Source: Eubacteriales bacterium (GTDB taxonomy: Bacteria > Bacillota > Clostridia > Oscillospirales > CAG-272). Taken from it: a DNA stretch of 56,789 nt. Location: NCBI GenBank assembly GCA_045532575.1, contig JAZSGE010000016.1:1-56789 (forward strand). Reading direction: 5' to 3'. The notes under the pieces were generated by a model. It searched no databases. It saw only the letters and a list, made by a program, of their open reading frames with translations, and was not told the DNA's origin. A program made the translations under genes and the position numbers. Below are positions 28,049 to 37,477 of this stretch, piece after piece; within the stretch, counting starts at the first letter, position 1, and each line of letters starts with the position of its first letter.

Positions 28049-28813
28049 ATGGGAAGACTGGAAGGCAAGGTTGCCATTATTACCGGCGGTAACTCGGGCG
28101 TTGGTGCCGCTACTGCCGAGCTGTTTGCCAAGGAGGGGGCCAAGGTCGTCATCACGGCGCGCCGCGTCCCTCAGCTTGAGGAGGTCGCCGAAAGGATCCG
28201 CGCGGCGGGCGGCGAGGTGCTCCCCGTTCCTTGCGACGTTTCAAAGGTCGAGGAGGTCGAGGCCATGGTCCAAAAGGCGGTCGAGACCTACGGCAGAGTC
28301 GATGTCCTCGTCAATAACGCCGGTGTGCTTGAGGCGGGCCTCAAGCCGATCGACTGCTTCCTCGAGGAGGACCTTGAGCGCGTCCTCGCCATCAACACCA
28401 AGGGCTGCCTCTATTGCACAAGAGCCGCCGTCAAGGAAATGATGAAGACGGGGCAGGGCTCGATCATCAACCTCGATTCGGTTGCCGGTGCCTTTGGCAC
28501 GGGCGGTGCCTCGTACGTCACCTCGAAGGCCGCCGTCATCGGTATTACCAAGCACACCGCTATGCGCTTCACGGGGACGGGGATCCGCTGCAACTCGGTC
28601 AACCCGAGCACGATCATCACCCCGATGACCATGACGACCGACCCTGCAAGCCTCAATCCCGATATGATGGGCCAGATGAAGAAGCACATGAACCTCACGG
28701 TGCCCCCCTGCATGCCTGCCGACGTTGCCAACGTCCTCCTCTTCCTGGCGAGCGACGAGTCGCGCGCCATCACGGGGCAGGTGCTTGTCACCGATTTCGG
28801 CGCCACCCTCTGA
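28049..28813 (+). CDS. Short-chain dehydrogenase/reductase (classical)
   Basis: TGGNSGVG, NNAG, YVTSK and ITGQ...D.G. Confidence 0.92.
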   Translation: MGRLEGKVAIITGGNSGVGAATAELFAKEGAKVVITARRVPQLEEVAERIRAAGGEVLPVPCDVSKVEEVEAMVQKAVETYGRVDVLVNNAGVLEAGLKPIDCFLEEDLERVLAINTKGCLYCTRAAVKEMMKTGQGSIINLDSVAGAFGTGGASYVTSKAAVIGITKHTAMRFTGTGIRCNSVNPSTIITPMTMTTDPASLNPDMMGQMKKHMNLTVPPCMPADVANVLLFLASDESRAITGQVLVTDFGATL

Positions 28814-28816
28814 TAC

Positions 28817-28854
28817 AAAAAGAAAAGGACCGCTCTGCGGTCCTTTTCTTTTTT
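28817..28854. terminator. Bidirectional terminator
   Basis: AAAAAGAAAAGGACCGC-tct-GCGGTCCTTTTCTTTTT. Confidence 0.85.
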
Positions 28855-28874
28855 ATTCAAACGAATCAAAAAGG

Positions 28875-29972
28875 TTACTCGAACGAATCGAAAAGACGGA
28901 CAAAGAGCAGAATGCCGAGGATCGCCGCGATCAGGACAATGGCCCAGACCACCCCGGGCCACTCGGCGAGGGGCGCCATTTGGATCTCCTCGCCCTCCTC
29001 GATCAGCTCGCCGCAATCGGCGCAAAAGACATCGCCCGTGTACCCGTCACCCAAAAACCACGGCGTTTTTTGATTTTCGATGACGGTCTCGCCCTTATGA
29101 TTGTCAGAACGGAGGCTACCGTATTCCGTTTGGCAGACATCACACGCCGCCTTCCGTGTGCACGTGGCCTCGCCACCGATATGCGCGGCATACTCCGCCC
29201 TCTCGCCGCACGCCGTGCATTCGTACCAATGCCCGAGGGTGTTGACGGTCAGGGTCTCGGCGAAAAGGTGCGCGCGGTCGGTGTACGGCACACCGGCGAT
29301 CATCCGCTCACCGCTCGCATCAAAAACGGCATCGCACCCGTCGCAGTCACAGTAGGCCTCCCAGCCCTCCTCAAGGCAAGTGGCGGTCTTCGCCTCCACC
29401 GGGGTCTTGCTCGCATGCGTGCACCCACTGTCGATCAACACATGAAGCGGCTGCTTTCTGACAGAGACGGCCCGATGCTCGCCGTCAAAGGCGTAGACCT
29501 CGCTGTTGTAGACCATGCCGCTCCCCCCATCCCCTATGACACGGAGACGGAAGCTGCAAAAGACCATCCTGGCCTCATAGGCGCTCCCCATGCTCTGGCA
29601 TTGGAGGATCTCGCCGTGGGTAAGGCTCGTTTGCTTTTTGGCTGTGGCATTCCCCGTATCGTAGCAGAGGATGCTGTCCTCGACAAGCTCGAAAAACGAA
29701 AGGTCATAGTGGATGTAGTTCTGGAATCCGCTCGTCGCATACCCCTCGTCCGAGTCGGTACGGCGCAGAATGAAGGAGACGGTGATCTCGTCCCCCGTCT
29801 CGGCCATAACGACAGAGCTCCCCTCCCCGGCCGTCAGCACAAAGTCGAGTGCAAGAGGCTCGCTTGGCGCCTCGGCGCCCACCGTCATGCCGAAGGAGGT
29901 CACAAAGGGAAGAAGCAGCGCTATAAGGAGGAGAAGATAGCAAAGGAGGGTGATCGGTTGTTTTGTCTTCAT
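28875..29972 (-). CDS. Secreted, C-terminally membrane-anchored protein with a cohesin-like domain and Cys/His-rich repeats
   Basis: Signal peptide; GDEITVSF..GFQNYIHYD..FFELV..FCSFRLRV cohesin-like pattern; ATC..EG and CxxCG repeats; TM VVWAIVLIAAILGILLFV. Confidence 0.75.
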   Translation of the reverse strand: MKTKQPITLLCYLLLLIALLLPFVTSFGMTVGAEAPSEPLALDFVLTAGEGSSVVMAETGDEITVSFILRRTDSDEGYATSGFQNYIHYDLSFFELVEDSILCYDTGNATAKKQTSLTHGEILQCQSMGSAYEARMVFCSFRLRVIGDGGSGMVYNSEVYAFDGEHRAVSVRKQPLHVLIDSGCTHASKTPVEAKTATCLEEGWEAYCDCDGCDAVFDASGERMIAGVPYTDRAHLFAETLTVNTLGHWYECTACGERAEYAAHIGGEATCTRKAACDVCQTEYGSLRSDNHKGETVIENQKTPWFLGDGYTGDVFCADCGELIEEGEEIQMAPLAEWPGVVWAIVLIAAILGILLFVRLFDSFE

Positions 29973-29998
29973 ACACTTAATTCCCAACACTAATATTC

Positions 29999-30035
29999 AG
30001 CAATTCCCCTGCATTGAAAACGCAGGGGAATTGCT
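29999..30035. terminator. 14-bp stem-loop between the two surface-protein genes
   Basis: AGCAATTCCCCTGC/GCAGGGGAATTGCT; no U-tract follows on the coding (-) strand. Confidence 0.6.
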
Positions 30036-30061
30036 TTTAGCTTTGATTTTCGACCTTGGTC

Positions 30062-32806
30062 TTAGTGGCTGTACGCCGCAGAAACGGCATTGATGTCGAC
30101 CATATTGACGACCCAGTCACCGTTCACGTCGGCGCGGAGATACAGCTCTACATAGGAGAGAACGTCGAAGTCGAGGACCGAGCAGGCGTAGACCGCCGTC
30201 GCATCCTTGAGATCGACCACACCGTCGTCCACGTAGCCGGCGTTCACGTCATAGGAGGGGCGGAGGGTCGTGCAGGCATCCGACTTTGAAAGCGCCGCAT
30301 CGATCTCCTCGGCCGTCACCGCTCCCTCAACGAGGGTCGCGTACGCACCGTAGGCCTCAACGTAGAACATCGGGATGCCGCCAAAGGCATAGCCGGCATC
30401 ATCACCCTCGATGAGGACGAGAGAATAGCCCTGGACATAATCGGCCTTGACCGTAGCCGTATAGCTCAGCGAGACCAGGATAGCCTCGGTGTCGCCGACC
30501 ACCGTGCTCTCGATGCTGTTAAGGAGCTGCTCCTTGTACTGGATGACATTCCCCTCAAGCGAGAGATGACTCACCGTGGCCGCGGTGATATCGTTCTTGG
30601 CCGAAAGCGTGTAGGTCGCGAGCTCGCCCGCCGTACCGCGGAAGAGATTCGTGACAAGGACCCTGCCGTCGCCATCGGTATCGGCACCGCAGGTGAAGAT
30701 CGCCGTATCGTAGGTGAAGGTGTATTCGGCGGCATAGTAGTCCTTATCGATCGCCACCGTGACATGCAGGGTGTCGCCTGCCTGCAGCTCGGTCTTATCG
30801 ACCGAAAGCGTCAGAGCATACGTGTCCATCCGATAGAAGAAGGCCTCGTCGTACTGCACGTAGGTGCCGGTCTCCGTGATCTCTTCGCCACCGGCGACCA
30901 GCTTGCCGGTAAATTCACCGCCGTTCTCGTCGGTGAGCTCAACTCCACCAATGACCTTGGTGTTCTCGAGCGTTACGCTCGCATTCCCGTAGGCGCCCGA
31001 CTCACGCACGTCAATGGCCGTGCCGTCGGCAGCCGCAATGACCGTCGAATCCTTAACGCTCGTCGCCCCCGCCTCGGCGGACAGCACGCGCTTGTCACCG
31101 CCAAGCTCTCTGCCGTCGAGCGTGACATTTTCAAGAGTGAGATCGCCGTAGTTCTGCACAAGGGCCCCGTCAATATCGCCGGCGATCGTGCCGTTTTTCA
31201 CGGTAACGCTCGCACCGGGGAGGATCTGCAGACCGCCGACCGCCGCTCTGGCAAGAGGGGAGGCGGCGCCGACCGTATAGGTACAGCCGCCAAGGTCGAT
31301 CGTAATATCCTTGTCGATCACAAGGCCCTGCGCCGCAATATCGGCGCCAAAGGTGATGGTATCGCCGGCGGCGGCCCTGCCGTACGCCTCCTCGAGCGTA
31401 ATGAACTTAGCATAGAAAATACCGCTGTCATTACCGCCGTTATTGAAGGTAACGCTCTCACCGCTGAAATCCGCGGTGGTATACCAGCCGTCAAAGAGAT
31501 AGTTCTCCTTGCTAACGATGTTCTTCTCCGCCTTACCGCCGGATTCCCCGAAGGTAAGGATCTTTGGCGCCTTAGCACCGTTGAGGTACAGGAGGGCCCT
31601 GGCATCCTCGTTGATCTCGACCCCGGGCTGCTCCACAAAGAGCATCCTCGAGACCCCGCCGTACAGCTTCTTGTAATCGGTCACCGTGCAGTTCTCGATC
31701 ATAGCATAGCCCGAGCAGGCCAGGATCTCACCGCAGAAGGCAACGTCACTGCCGACCGTGGCAACAGCGCCCTCGTTCGTGCAGTTTTTGACGGCGGCCG
31801 TCATACCGCCGACATTGTACACCGTCCCCATACCGGAGGCATGGATCTCGTCACCGGGGTTGCCGTACGCCGTGACCGTGCCGCTGTTATAGCAGCCGTC
31901 AAACACGATCCGACCGCCGAAATACCAAAGGGCCCCCGTGTTGTCTCTGCCAAAAATACCGCCGGCACAGGAGTTCCCGGCATTGCTGGCCTCGGCCGTG
32001 ACCGTCCCGTAGTTCTTGCAACCGTCAAAGAGAAGATCCCCCTTCACCTTGAGCGAACGGTCAGCCGCCATATCAAAGAGACCGAGAATACCGCCGACCT
32101 CGCGCTTTTTGGTGATGACGGTAGCCTTGTTCGTGCAATTGACAAAGCGGCCGTCAAGGAGGAAGGTGTAGTTCTCCGCGGCAAGGGCGTAGCCGTACAT
32201 ATAGCCGACAAGGCCGCCCATGTTGTTCGTGGCGTAGACCGAGCCGCTCTCAAGATGACAGTTCTCAAAAGCGAAGGGAGTGCCGTTCTTGATGCGGTAA
32301 TAGCCGACCAGGGCAGCAACGCCCGCGCCGTCGCCCTCGCTCAGACCGTCGGCGTGGATGCTGACGTTCGCCAGAGTGACATTCTTGAAGGTCGCGCCGT
32401 ACGCATAGCCGAAAAGGCCAAAGCCGTATTCGCCACCCGTCACGATCGTGGGAACGTACCCCGCATCCGTCAGATTCGAGACGGTGTGCCCACGCCCGTC
32501 AAAGGTACCCCGGAAGCAGACCGCCTCCTCGGGATCCGTGCCGTAGGAATCGTAGCCGATCGGGGTCCAGGCCATCCCCTCAAGGTCGATATCATCGGTC
32601 AAAACGACCAGCTTTCCCTCAAAGGTCTCACCGCCGTTGACACGCTCGGCAAAGGCGATCAGCTCGGCCTTCGTGCCGATCTCAAGATCCGGCGCCGCAG
32701 GAGCCGCGCTCTCCTCGGCCAGCACCGCCACGGGGAGCACGCTCCCAAGGAGCAGCACCGAGAGGAGGAGCGAGAGAAGCCTTGTTGCTTTTCTTGTTTT
32801 TCTCAT
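30062..32806 (-). CDS. Large secreted protein: GLUG/beta-helix-like region, InlB B-repeat-like motif, cohesin-like domain and C-terminal dockerin-like domain
   Basis: Signal peptide; LTDDIDL..WTPIG..F.GTFDG.GHTVSNL; C.N.G.V repeats; KENYLFDGWY; DVN..DG.VDLKD and ADVNGDW.VNM.D Ca-loop pair. Confidence 0.8.
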   Translation of the reverse strand: MRKTRKATRLLSLLLSVLLLGSVLPVAVLAEESAAPAAPDLEIGTKAELIAFAERVNGGETFEGKLVVLTDDIDLEGMAWTPIGYDSYGTDPEEAVCFRGTFDGRGHTVSNLTDAGYVPTIVTGGEYGFGLFGYAYGATFKNVTLANVSIHADGLSEGDGAGVAALVGYYRIKNGTPFAFENCHLESGSVYATNNMGGLVGYMYGYALAAENYTFLLDGRFVNCTNKATVITKKREVGGILGLFDMAADRSLKVKGDLLFDGCKNYGTVTAEASNAGNSCAGGIFGRDNTGALWYFGGRIVFDGCYNSGTVTAYGNPGDEIHASGMGTVYNVGGMTAAVKNCTNEGAVATVGSDVAFCGEILACSGYAMIENCTVTDYKKLYGGVSRMLFVEQPGVEINEDARALLYLNGAKAPKILTFGESGGKAEKNIVSKENYLFDGWYTTADFSGESVTFNNGGNDSGIFYAKFITLEEAYGRAAAGDTITFGADIAAQGLVIDKDITIDLGGCTYTVGAASPLARAAVGGLQILPGASVTVKNGTIAGDIDGALVQNYGDLTLENVTLDGRELGGDKRVLSAEAGATSVKDSTVIAAADGTAIDVRESGAYGNASVTLENTKVIGGVELTDENGGEFTGKLVAGGEEITETGTYVQYDEAFFYRMDTYALTLSVDKTELQAGDTLHVTVAIDKDYYAAEYTFTYDTAIFTCGADTDGDGRVLVTNLFRGTAGELATYTLSAKNDITAATVSHLSLEGNVIQYKEQLLNSIESTVVGDTEAILVSLSYTATVKADYVQGYSLVLIEGDDAGYAFGGIPMFYVEAYGAYATLVEGAVTAEEIDAALSKSDACTTLRPSYDVNAGYVDDGVVDLKDATAVYACSVLDFDVLSYVELYLRADVNGDWVVNMVDINAVSAAYSH

Positions 32807-32884
32807 GTTTTACCTCGTTTTCCTTTTTCGTATGCTTTCGCAAATTCTTGTGTGCCAGGAGAATATCTCCGAGCGCATACGCCC

Positions 32885-32939
32885 ATTATAGTACAAATGT
32901 TTACTAATGTCAATAGTAAATTTTTTTACTCATTATAAT
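32885..32939. promoter_or_regulatory. Consensus sigma-A promoter with an overlapping inverted-repeat operator candidate
   Basis: - strand TTGACA(32913)-17-TATAAT(32890); TTTACTA-N7-TAGTAAA (32900-32920) flanks the -35; + strand TATAAT at 32934. Confidence 0.7.
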
Positions 32940-32962
32940 GGGGGTGAAGGGGGTATAACCGT

Positions 32963-33208
32963 ATGGATGCAGTATGGATAAAACGGATCCGCGACCTTCG
33001 CGAGGATCACGATAAGACCCAACAGGAGATCGCCGATCTTCTCGGTACGTCTCAAACCATGTACGCGCGCTACGAGCGCGGCGCCAACAGCCTTCCCCTC
33101 CGCCACCTGATCGCGCTCTGCCGCTACTATCACGTCAGCGCCGATTATATCCTGGGGCTTGAGGCGGACGGCCTTGACGGGGCCCCGTCGGTCCTCGGGA
33201 GCTCTTAG
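32963..33208 (+). CDS. Small XRE/Cro-family HTH regulator
   Basis: RIRDLRED.D.TQ..IA..LG.SQT.Y.RYERG...Y.VS.DYILG. Confidence 0.92.
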   Translation: MDAVWIKRIRDLREDHDKTQQEIADLLGTSQTMYARYERGANSLPLRHLIALCRYYHVSADYILGLEADGLDGAPSVLGSS

Positions 33209-33274
33209 GGGGATTGACAAATAAAAATAACGGCTATATAATAGGCTTAATATCGCCCCCAAAAGGAGCTTTTT

Positions 33275-34336
33275 ATGTGTAATATTGCAGGCTATATCGG
33301 AAAACGCCAGGCCGCCCCTATCCTTATCGAGATGATGCGGCGCGAGGAGGGCTTTGCCGCCGGCTACTATACCGGCATGACGGTGCATGACGGCACCCGT
33401 CTTGTGACGGACAAGGTCCTCGGTGGCCTTGACCGCCTTCTCGCCGAGACCGACTGCCAGCGTTTTTTGGGCACCTGTGGCTTTATCCACAGCCGCTCGA
33501 AGTCGGGCGGCGGCCGCGAATGGGGGCAACCCTTCCTGTCGGCGGACGGGTGCACCTCGCTGATCGCCAACGGCATGGCGGGTGTCTTCCTGACCCCCGA
33601 GATGAAGGAAAAGCGGTGCAAGTATGCCGCAAGCCTTGAGGAGCTTGGCTATACCTTCCCATCGCGCGCGCCGGGGACGATCGGCGATTACCCCGCCCTT
33701 TCCGACGGCACGGCCATCCATTCGACCGATCTTATGTGCCAATACGTCACCTCGCTGATCGACGGCGGTATGCCGATCGGGGATGCACTCACCGCGATGA
33801 TGAACGAGCTCCCCTGCGAGGTGGTCACCCTCCTGATGCGAAAGGAGGCGCCCGACAGCATCTTTGTCTCGCGCATCAATTTCCCGATGACGGTCGGCAT
33901 CGCCGCCGACGGCGACATCTACCTCGCCACCACGCGCCTCGCCTTCCCCGAGGATGTAGACTTCAAGGAGATCCGCCTCCTGCCTGCCGCCGCGACCTAC
34001 GAATTCCGTCGGGGCGCCGGGATCCCCGAGGGGGCTCCCCTCTCGCTCCCCCGCGAGGTCACAGCGATCACCGAGGAGCTGATCGAGGAGGCCCTCCCGC
34101 TCTTCGTTGACCGCCTCCGCGCGCTTAACGGGGAGCCGACCTTAGCCGGCCCGCTCCTCTCCTCCTACGCCTCCATCTGGCCGAAGGATAAGCTGAACCA
34201 GGAGGAGCCGATGTTCTACGAGCTCTGCACACGCCTTGAGGCAGAGGGCCGCCTCGGCATTGCCACAATGCTCCTCGAGGGGGCCGCCCCCGGCTATACC
34301 GCCACCCGCTTCGGTGTCTATCTGAAAGAGGCTTGA
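33275..34336 (+). CDS. Class II glutamine amidotransferase-like (Ntn) protein without a synthase/SIS domain
   Basis: N-terminal Met-Cys (MCNIAGYIG), HSR...QPF, ANG; promoter TTGACA(33214). Confidence 0.72.
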   Translation: MCNIAGYIGKRQAAPILIEMMRREEGFAAGYYTGMTVHDGTRLVTDKVLGGLDRLLAETDCQRFLGTCGFIHSRSKSGGGREWGQPFLSADGCTSLIANGMAGVFLTPEMKEKRCKYAASLEELGYTFPSRAPGTIGDYPALSDGTAIHSTDLMCQYVTSLIDGGMPIGDALTAMMNELPCEVVTLLMRKEAPDSIFVSRINFPMTVGIAADGDIYLATTRLAFPEDVDFKEIRLLPAAATYEFRRGAGIPEGAPLSLPREVTAITEELIEEALPLFVDRLRALNGEPTLAGPLLSSYASIWPKDKLNQEEPMFYELCTRLEAEGRLGIATMLLEGAAPGYTATRFGVYLKEA

Positions 34337-34337
34337 A

Positions 34338-35900
34338 ATGCTTTCACTCGAACAAATGACCCCCGAGCAGAAGCTCGGCCGTGTTCTCTGCTTCCGCCGC
34401 ACCCACATCGCGGAGGATCTCGACTTCACTCTGGACATGATCCGCAAGGAGGCCTGTGGCTGTGTGCAGATCGTCATCAACGATAAGACAGCCGCCCTCG
34501 CCAAGCGACTGCGCGAGGCGGCCGACTACCCCCTCCTGATCGTTAACGATACCGAGCGCGGCTATCCCCCCTCGGGGCTTCCGCTCCTCTCGCCGATCAC
34601 GCTGGCGGCCTGCGGCAACCCCGAGTACGTACGTCTTTTCGGGGCGGCCATCGCCAAGGCGGCCCGCGCCGACGGGCTGACCGGCACCTGGAGTCCCGTC
34701 GTTGACATCCATCACACCCCCGACGATATCCTCAGCACCGCCCGCCACGCCGGCGACTCGCCGGAGGCGGTCACGGCCTTCGCCCGTGAGCTCCTGACAG
34801 CCTTCCGCTCCTACAACTTCGGCGGTAGTGCCAAGCATTACCCCGGCGGCAATTATGTGGGAAGCGACACACACATGACCGAGGCGGTCAACGATGTCTC
34901 GGAGGAGGAGCTCGTCAAGGTCGATCTTGTTCCCTATCTGACCCTGTGGCGCGAGGGACTGCTCACGTCGATCATGGTCGATCACAGCATCTTCCCGCAG
35001 ATCGACCCCGACTATCCCGCGAGCCTTTCAAAGAAGGTGATCAACCTCATCCGTCGCGAGGGCTTTGACGGATTGCTGTACACCGACAGTCTGGCTATGA
35101 TGGGCATTTTACAGAAGTACGGCGAGGCGGGTGCCATGGTGCTGGCGCTGAACGCCGGTAACGACATCATCCTGCCGAACTACCGCACGCCGTCGCGCGA
35201 GGTCTACGATATGATGGTCAAGGCCTACTACAATGGCGAGATCGACGAGGATCGCCTCAACGAGGCCGTCCGCCATGTAATGGCCGAGGAGGCCCGCTGT
35301 GCCGCGGTCCCCGAGGCGCCGATCGAGGTACCCGACACCATGGCCGACATCCTCGATGCCGTCGTGCGCGATTCGATCACGGCCGATTGCCTGCCGGGCT
35401 TTACTCCGGCGATCGACCCCGAGGCGCGCCGCCTCTTTCTCCTGCTCACTCCCCAGGATTACGTCGAGGGACCGGTCGGCGAGATCTCGGCCGGGCAGTG
35501 GTATTACCCCGAGATCGTAAGGCAGGCGATCCTTGATAACTTCCCAAGGGCCGAGGTCGTGACCCTGCCCGAGTTCCCGAACGCCAAGCAGAACGACCTC
35601 GCTCTCACGGCCGCCACGAGGCACGATGAGATCGTTTTCATCTCCTTCTGCCAGGCGGGCTGCTATCTCGGCTCGGACGGGCTCACCCGCCGCGTGGAGA
35701 CCGTCTTCCGCGCTCTGGCCGTCTCGGGCAAGGTATCGGCGCACATCCACTTCGGCAATCCGAATGCCCTCCGCACCCTGCCTAGGGTCGCACGGCGTCT
35801 CTATGGCTACAACGCGACTCCCGCCCAGCGATATGCCCTCGAGGTCCTCGCCGGCAAGCTCCCGGCCAAGGGCGTCAAGCCCTTCCCGAAATTTATGTGA
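34338..35900 (+). CDS. GH3 glycoside hydrolase, NagZ-like
   Basis: D.E.G, SPVVD, KHYPG....SDTH dyad motif, TDSL.M nucleophile and NAGND. Confidence 0.85.
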   Translation: MLSLEQMTPEQKLGRVLCFRRTHIAEDLDFTLDMIRKEACGCVQIVINDKTAALAKRLREAADYPLLIVNDTERGYPPSGLPLLSPITLAACGNPEYVRLFGAAIAKAARADGLTGTWSPVVDIHHTPDDILSTARHAGDSPEAVTAFARELLTAFRSYNFGGSAKHYPGGNYVGSDTHMTEAVNDVSEEELVKVDLVPYLTLWREGLLTSIMVDHSIFPQIDPDYPASLSKKVINLIRREGFDGLLYTDSLAMMGILQKYGEAGAMVLALNAGNDIILPNYRTPSREVYDMMVKAYYNGEIDEDRLNEAVRHVMAEEARCAAVPEAPIEVPDTMADILDAVVRDSITADCLPGFTPAIDPEARRLFLLLTPQDYVEGPVGEISAGQWYYPEIVRQAILDNFPRAEVVTLPEFPNAKQNDLALTAATRHDEIVFISFCQAGCYLGSDGLTRRVETVFRALAVSGKVSAHIHFGNPNALRTLPRVARRLYGYNATPAQRYALEVLAGKLPAKGVKPFPKFM

Positions 35901-35954
35901 CGACCGGCACAATGCAAAAAGAGCCCCCGCACAACGGGGGCTCTTTCTTTATGA

Positions 35955-36611
35955 TCAACGATCGCCGAGCTGCTCCATGATTTGGTGGAAGATCTGCTCC
36001 ATCCCGCGCTCGGTGGGGTGGGCACCCCTTTTATCGATATCGGTAAGCCCGATATAGGTGTGCCCGTAGCGGCGGCAGGCGTCCTGCATCGCCTCGGTGA
36101 TCGCGGTCTTGATCCCACAGTTCCCGAGGAAGATCACGCGCGCTGTGGGCAACACCTCGCAAAGGCGGGCCGCCAGCCGGCCAATGGCCGGGAGCACACA
36201 GTAAAGATCCTCGCGAGTGATGCCGTCGTACTTGATCTCACCGAGCGGCGCGCCCGACCAGCTGTCGTTTGTACCGCCGAAGACGATCACGGTATCCACG
36301 GCATTGTCCTTGAAAAAGCCGCTCTCGACCTTCTCCTCAAGACGGACAAGGAAGGAGGAATCACCCGAGCAATCCCTTCCGTTATAGCCGGTATAGCCGA
36401 TCGTCGAGCCCGACCAGCTGTTGTTCTCAAGAAGCGTCGCCCCCGTCGCCTCGATCAGCCGCCACCACCAGGTAAGGCGGACGTTGCGGACGGTGGCGTG
36501 TGGGGAGTCGGCCTCGCGGGGGCCGATATAGTAGCAGTCGTACCCATCGGGAATATAGCCCGTAAAGGTCGAATAGCTGTCACCGAAGATCACAAGATTT
36601 CCAAGCGTCAT
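35955..36611 (-). CDS. SGNH/GDSL hydrolase
   Basis: FGDSYS, SGST, GGTND and D...HP blocks. Confidence 0.88.
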   Translation of the reverse strand: MTLGNLVIFGDSYSTFTGYIPDGYDCYYIGPREADSPHATVRNVRLTWWWRLIEATGATLLENNSWSGSTIGYTGYNGRDCSGDSSFLVRLEEKVESGFFKDNAVDTVIVFGGTNDSWSGAPLGEIKYDGITREDLYCVLPAIGRLAARLCEVLPTARVIFLGNCGIKTAITEAMQDACRRYGHTYIGLTDIDKRGAHPTERGMEQIFHQIMEQLGDR

Positions 36612-36636
36612 AGCGTCTCCTCTGCCTTCTCTTTCT

Positions 36637-37338
36637 TTATTTTGCCGCCGGCGGAGTCACGACCACATAGCCCGACTGTTCGCCAAGGCCGTCAAGGATG
36701 CCCCAGGTCAGCCCCTTGCCGTTCGGCTCGGCGCCGTGGGGGAACATCGCCGCCTCGATCTCGGCCGCCGTCACGGTCTGTGCCCCGGGGGTATCGGTGC
36801 GGGCACGGAGCGAGCTGTTGGCGACCGCCACGCGGCCGTCCTCGGTGAGTCCCACGAACAGCACATAATGTGCCCCGCTTGAGAAGGGATTGTCGGGGGT
36901 CAAGGGGAATGAGATGAAGATAACGAGCTTTCCTTCAGAAAGTTCTCGATAGATATGCTCGACCGCCGCCGCCCGTCCCCCCACGGGGATGCCGTAGGCC
37001 ACCGACTCAACGCCGTAGCTTTTGAGCGACTCGACGACACCGCCGGTGCTGAGCCAATGGTAACGCCCCTCATCGGCATTCGGGAGCCCCCACAGCGCGC
37101 GGCAATTCTCATACTCGGTATAGGGCGTGATGTCGGGAACGCCCGCAAGGCGCGCCGCCATTGTGACGCAGCAATGCCCACAGCCGTTCTTCTGAATGTA
37201 GGGGGCGAGCTCGCCCTCCTCCCACGCAGTCTGGATCCAAACGGGAGTCGAATACTCACCCTTCTTGACCGTCACGGGGATCCTTTCATCGTCTTCAAAG
37301 ATGAATTCATAGGCCGCAGGGCTGCTTATTACCGCCAT
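36637..37338 (-). CDS. Peptidase C39-like (papain-fold) protein
   Basis: Q...GCG.C...M, GAHYVL and VANS catalytic Cys/His/Asn pattern. Confidence 0.65.
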   Translation of the reverse strand: MAVISSPAAYEFIFEDDERIPVTVKKGEYSTPVWIQTAWEEGELAPYIQKNGCGHCCVTMAARLAGVPDITPYTEYENCRALWGLPNADEGRYHWLSTGGVVESLKSYGVESVAYGIPVGGRAAAVEHIYRELSEGKLVIFISFPLTPDNPFSSGAHYVLFVGLTEDGRVAVANSSLRARTDTPGAQTVTAAEIEAAMFPHGAEPNGKGLTWGILDGLGEQSGYVVVTPPAAK

Positions 37339-37477
37339 TTTCTTACCTCCTCGGGAGCTACGCTCAGTATACCACACAGGCCGGGGGCTGTCAAGGCCTC
37401 GGCGCACCGCAGATCACGCTTGACTTTCCTCTCATTTTATCATATAATGAAGAAAATGAAGATGAAAGGATCCCCGT

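Noticed and set aside
30566-32938. 790-aa + strand ORF
   Set aside because: Antisense shadow of the large surface protein gene
32963-33208. Prophage repressor or antitoxin
   Set aside because: No phage genes or toxin partner adjacent
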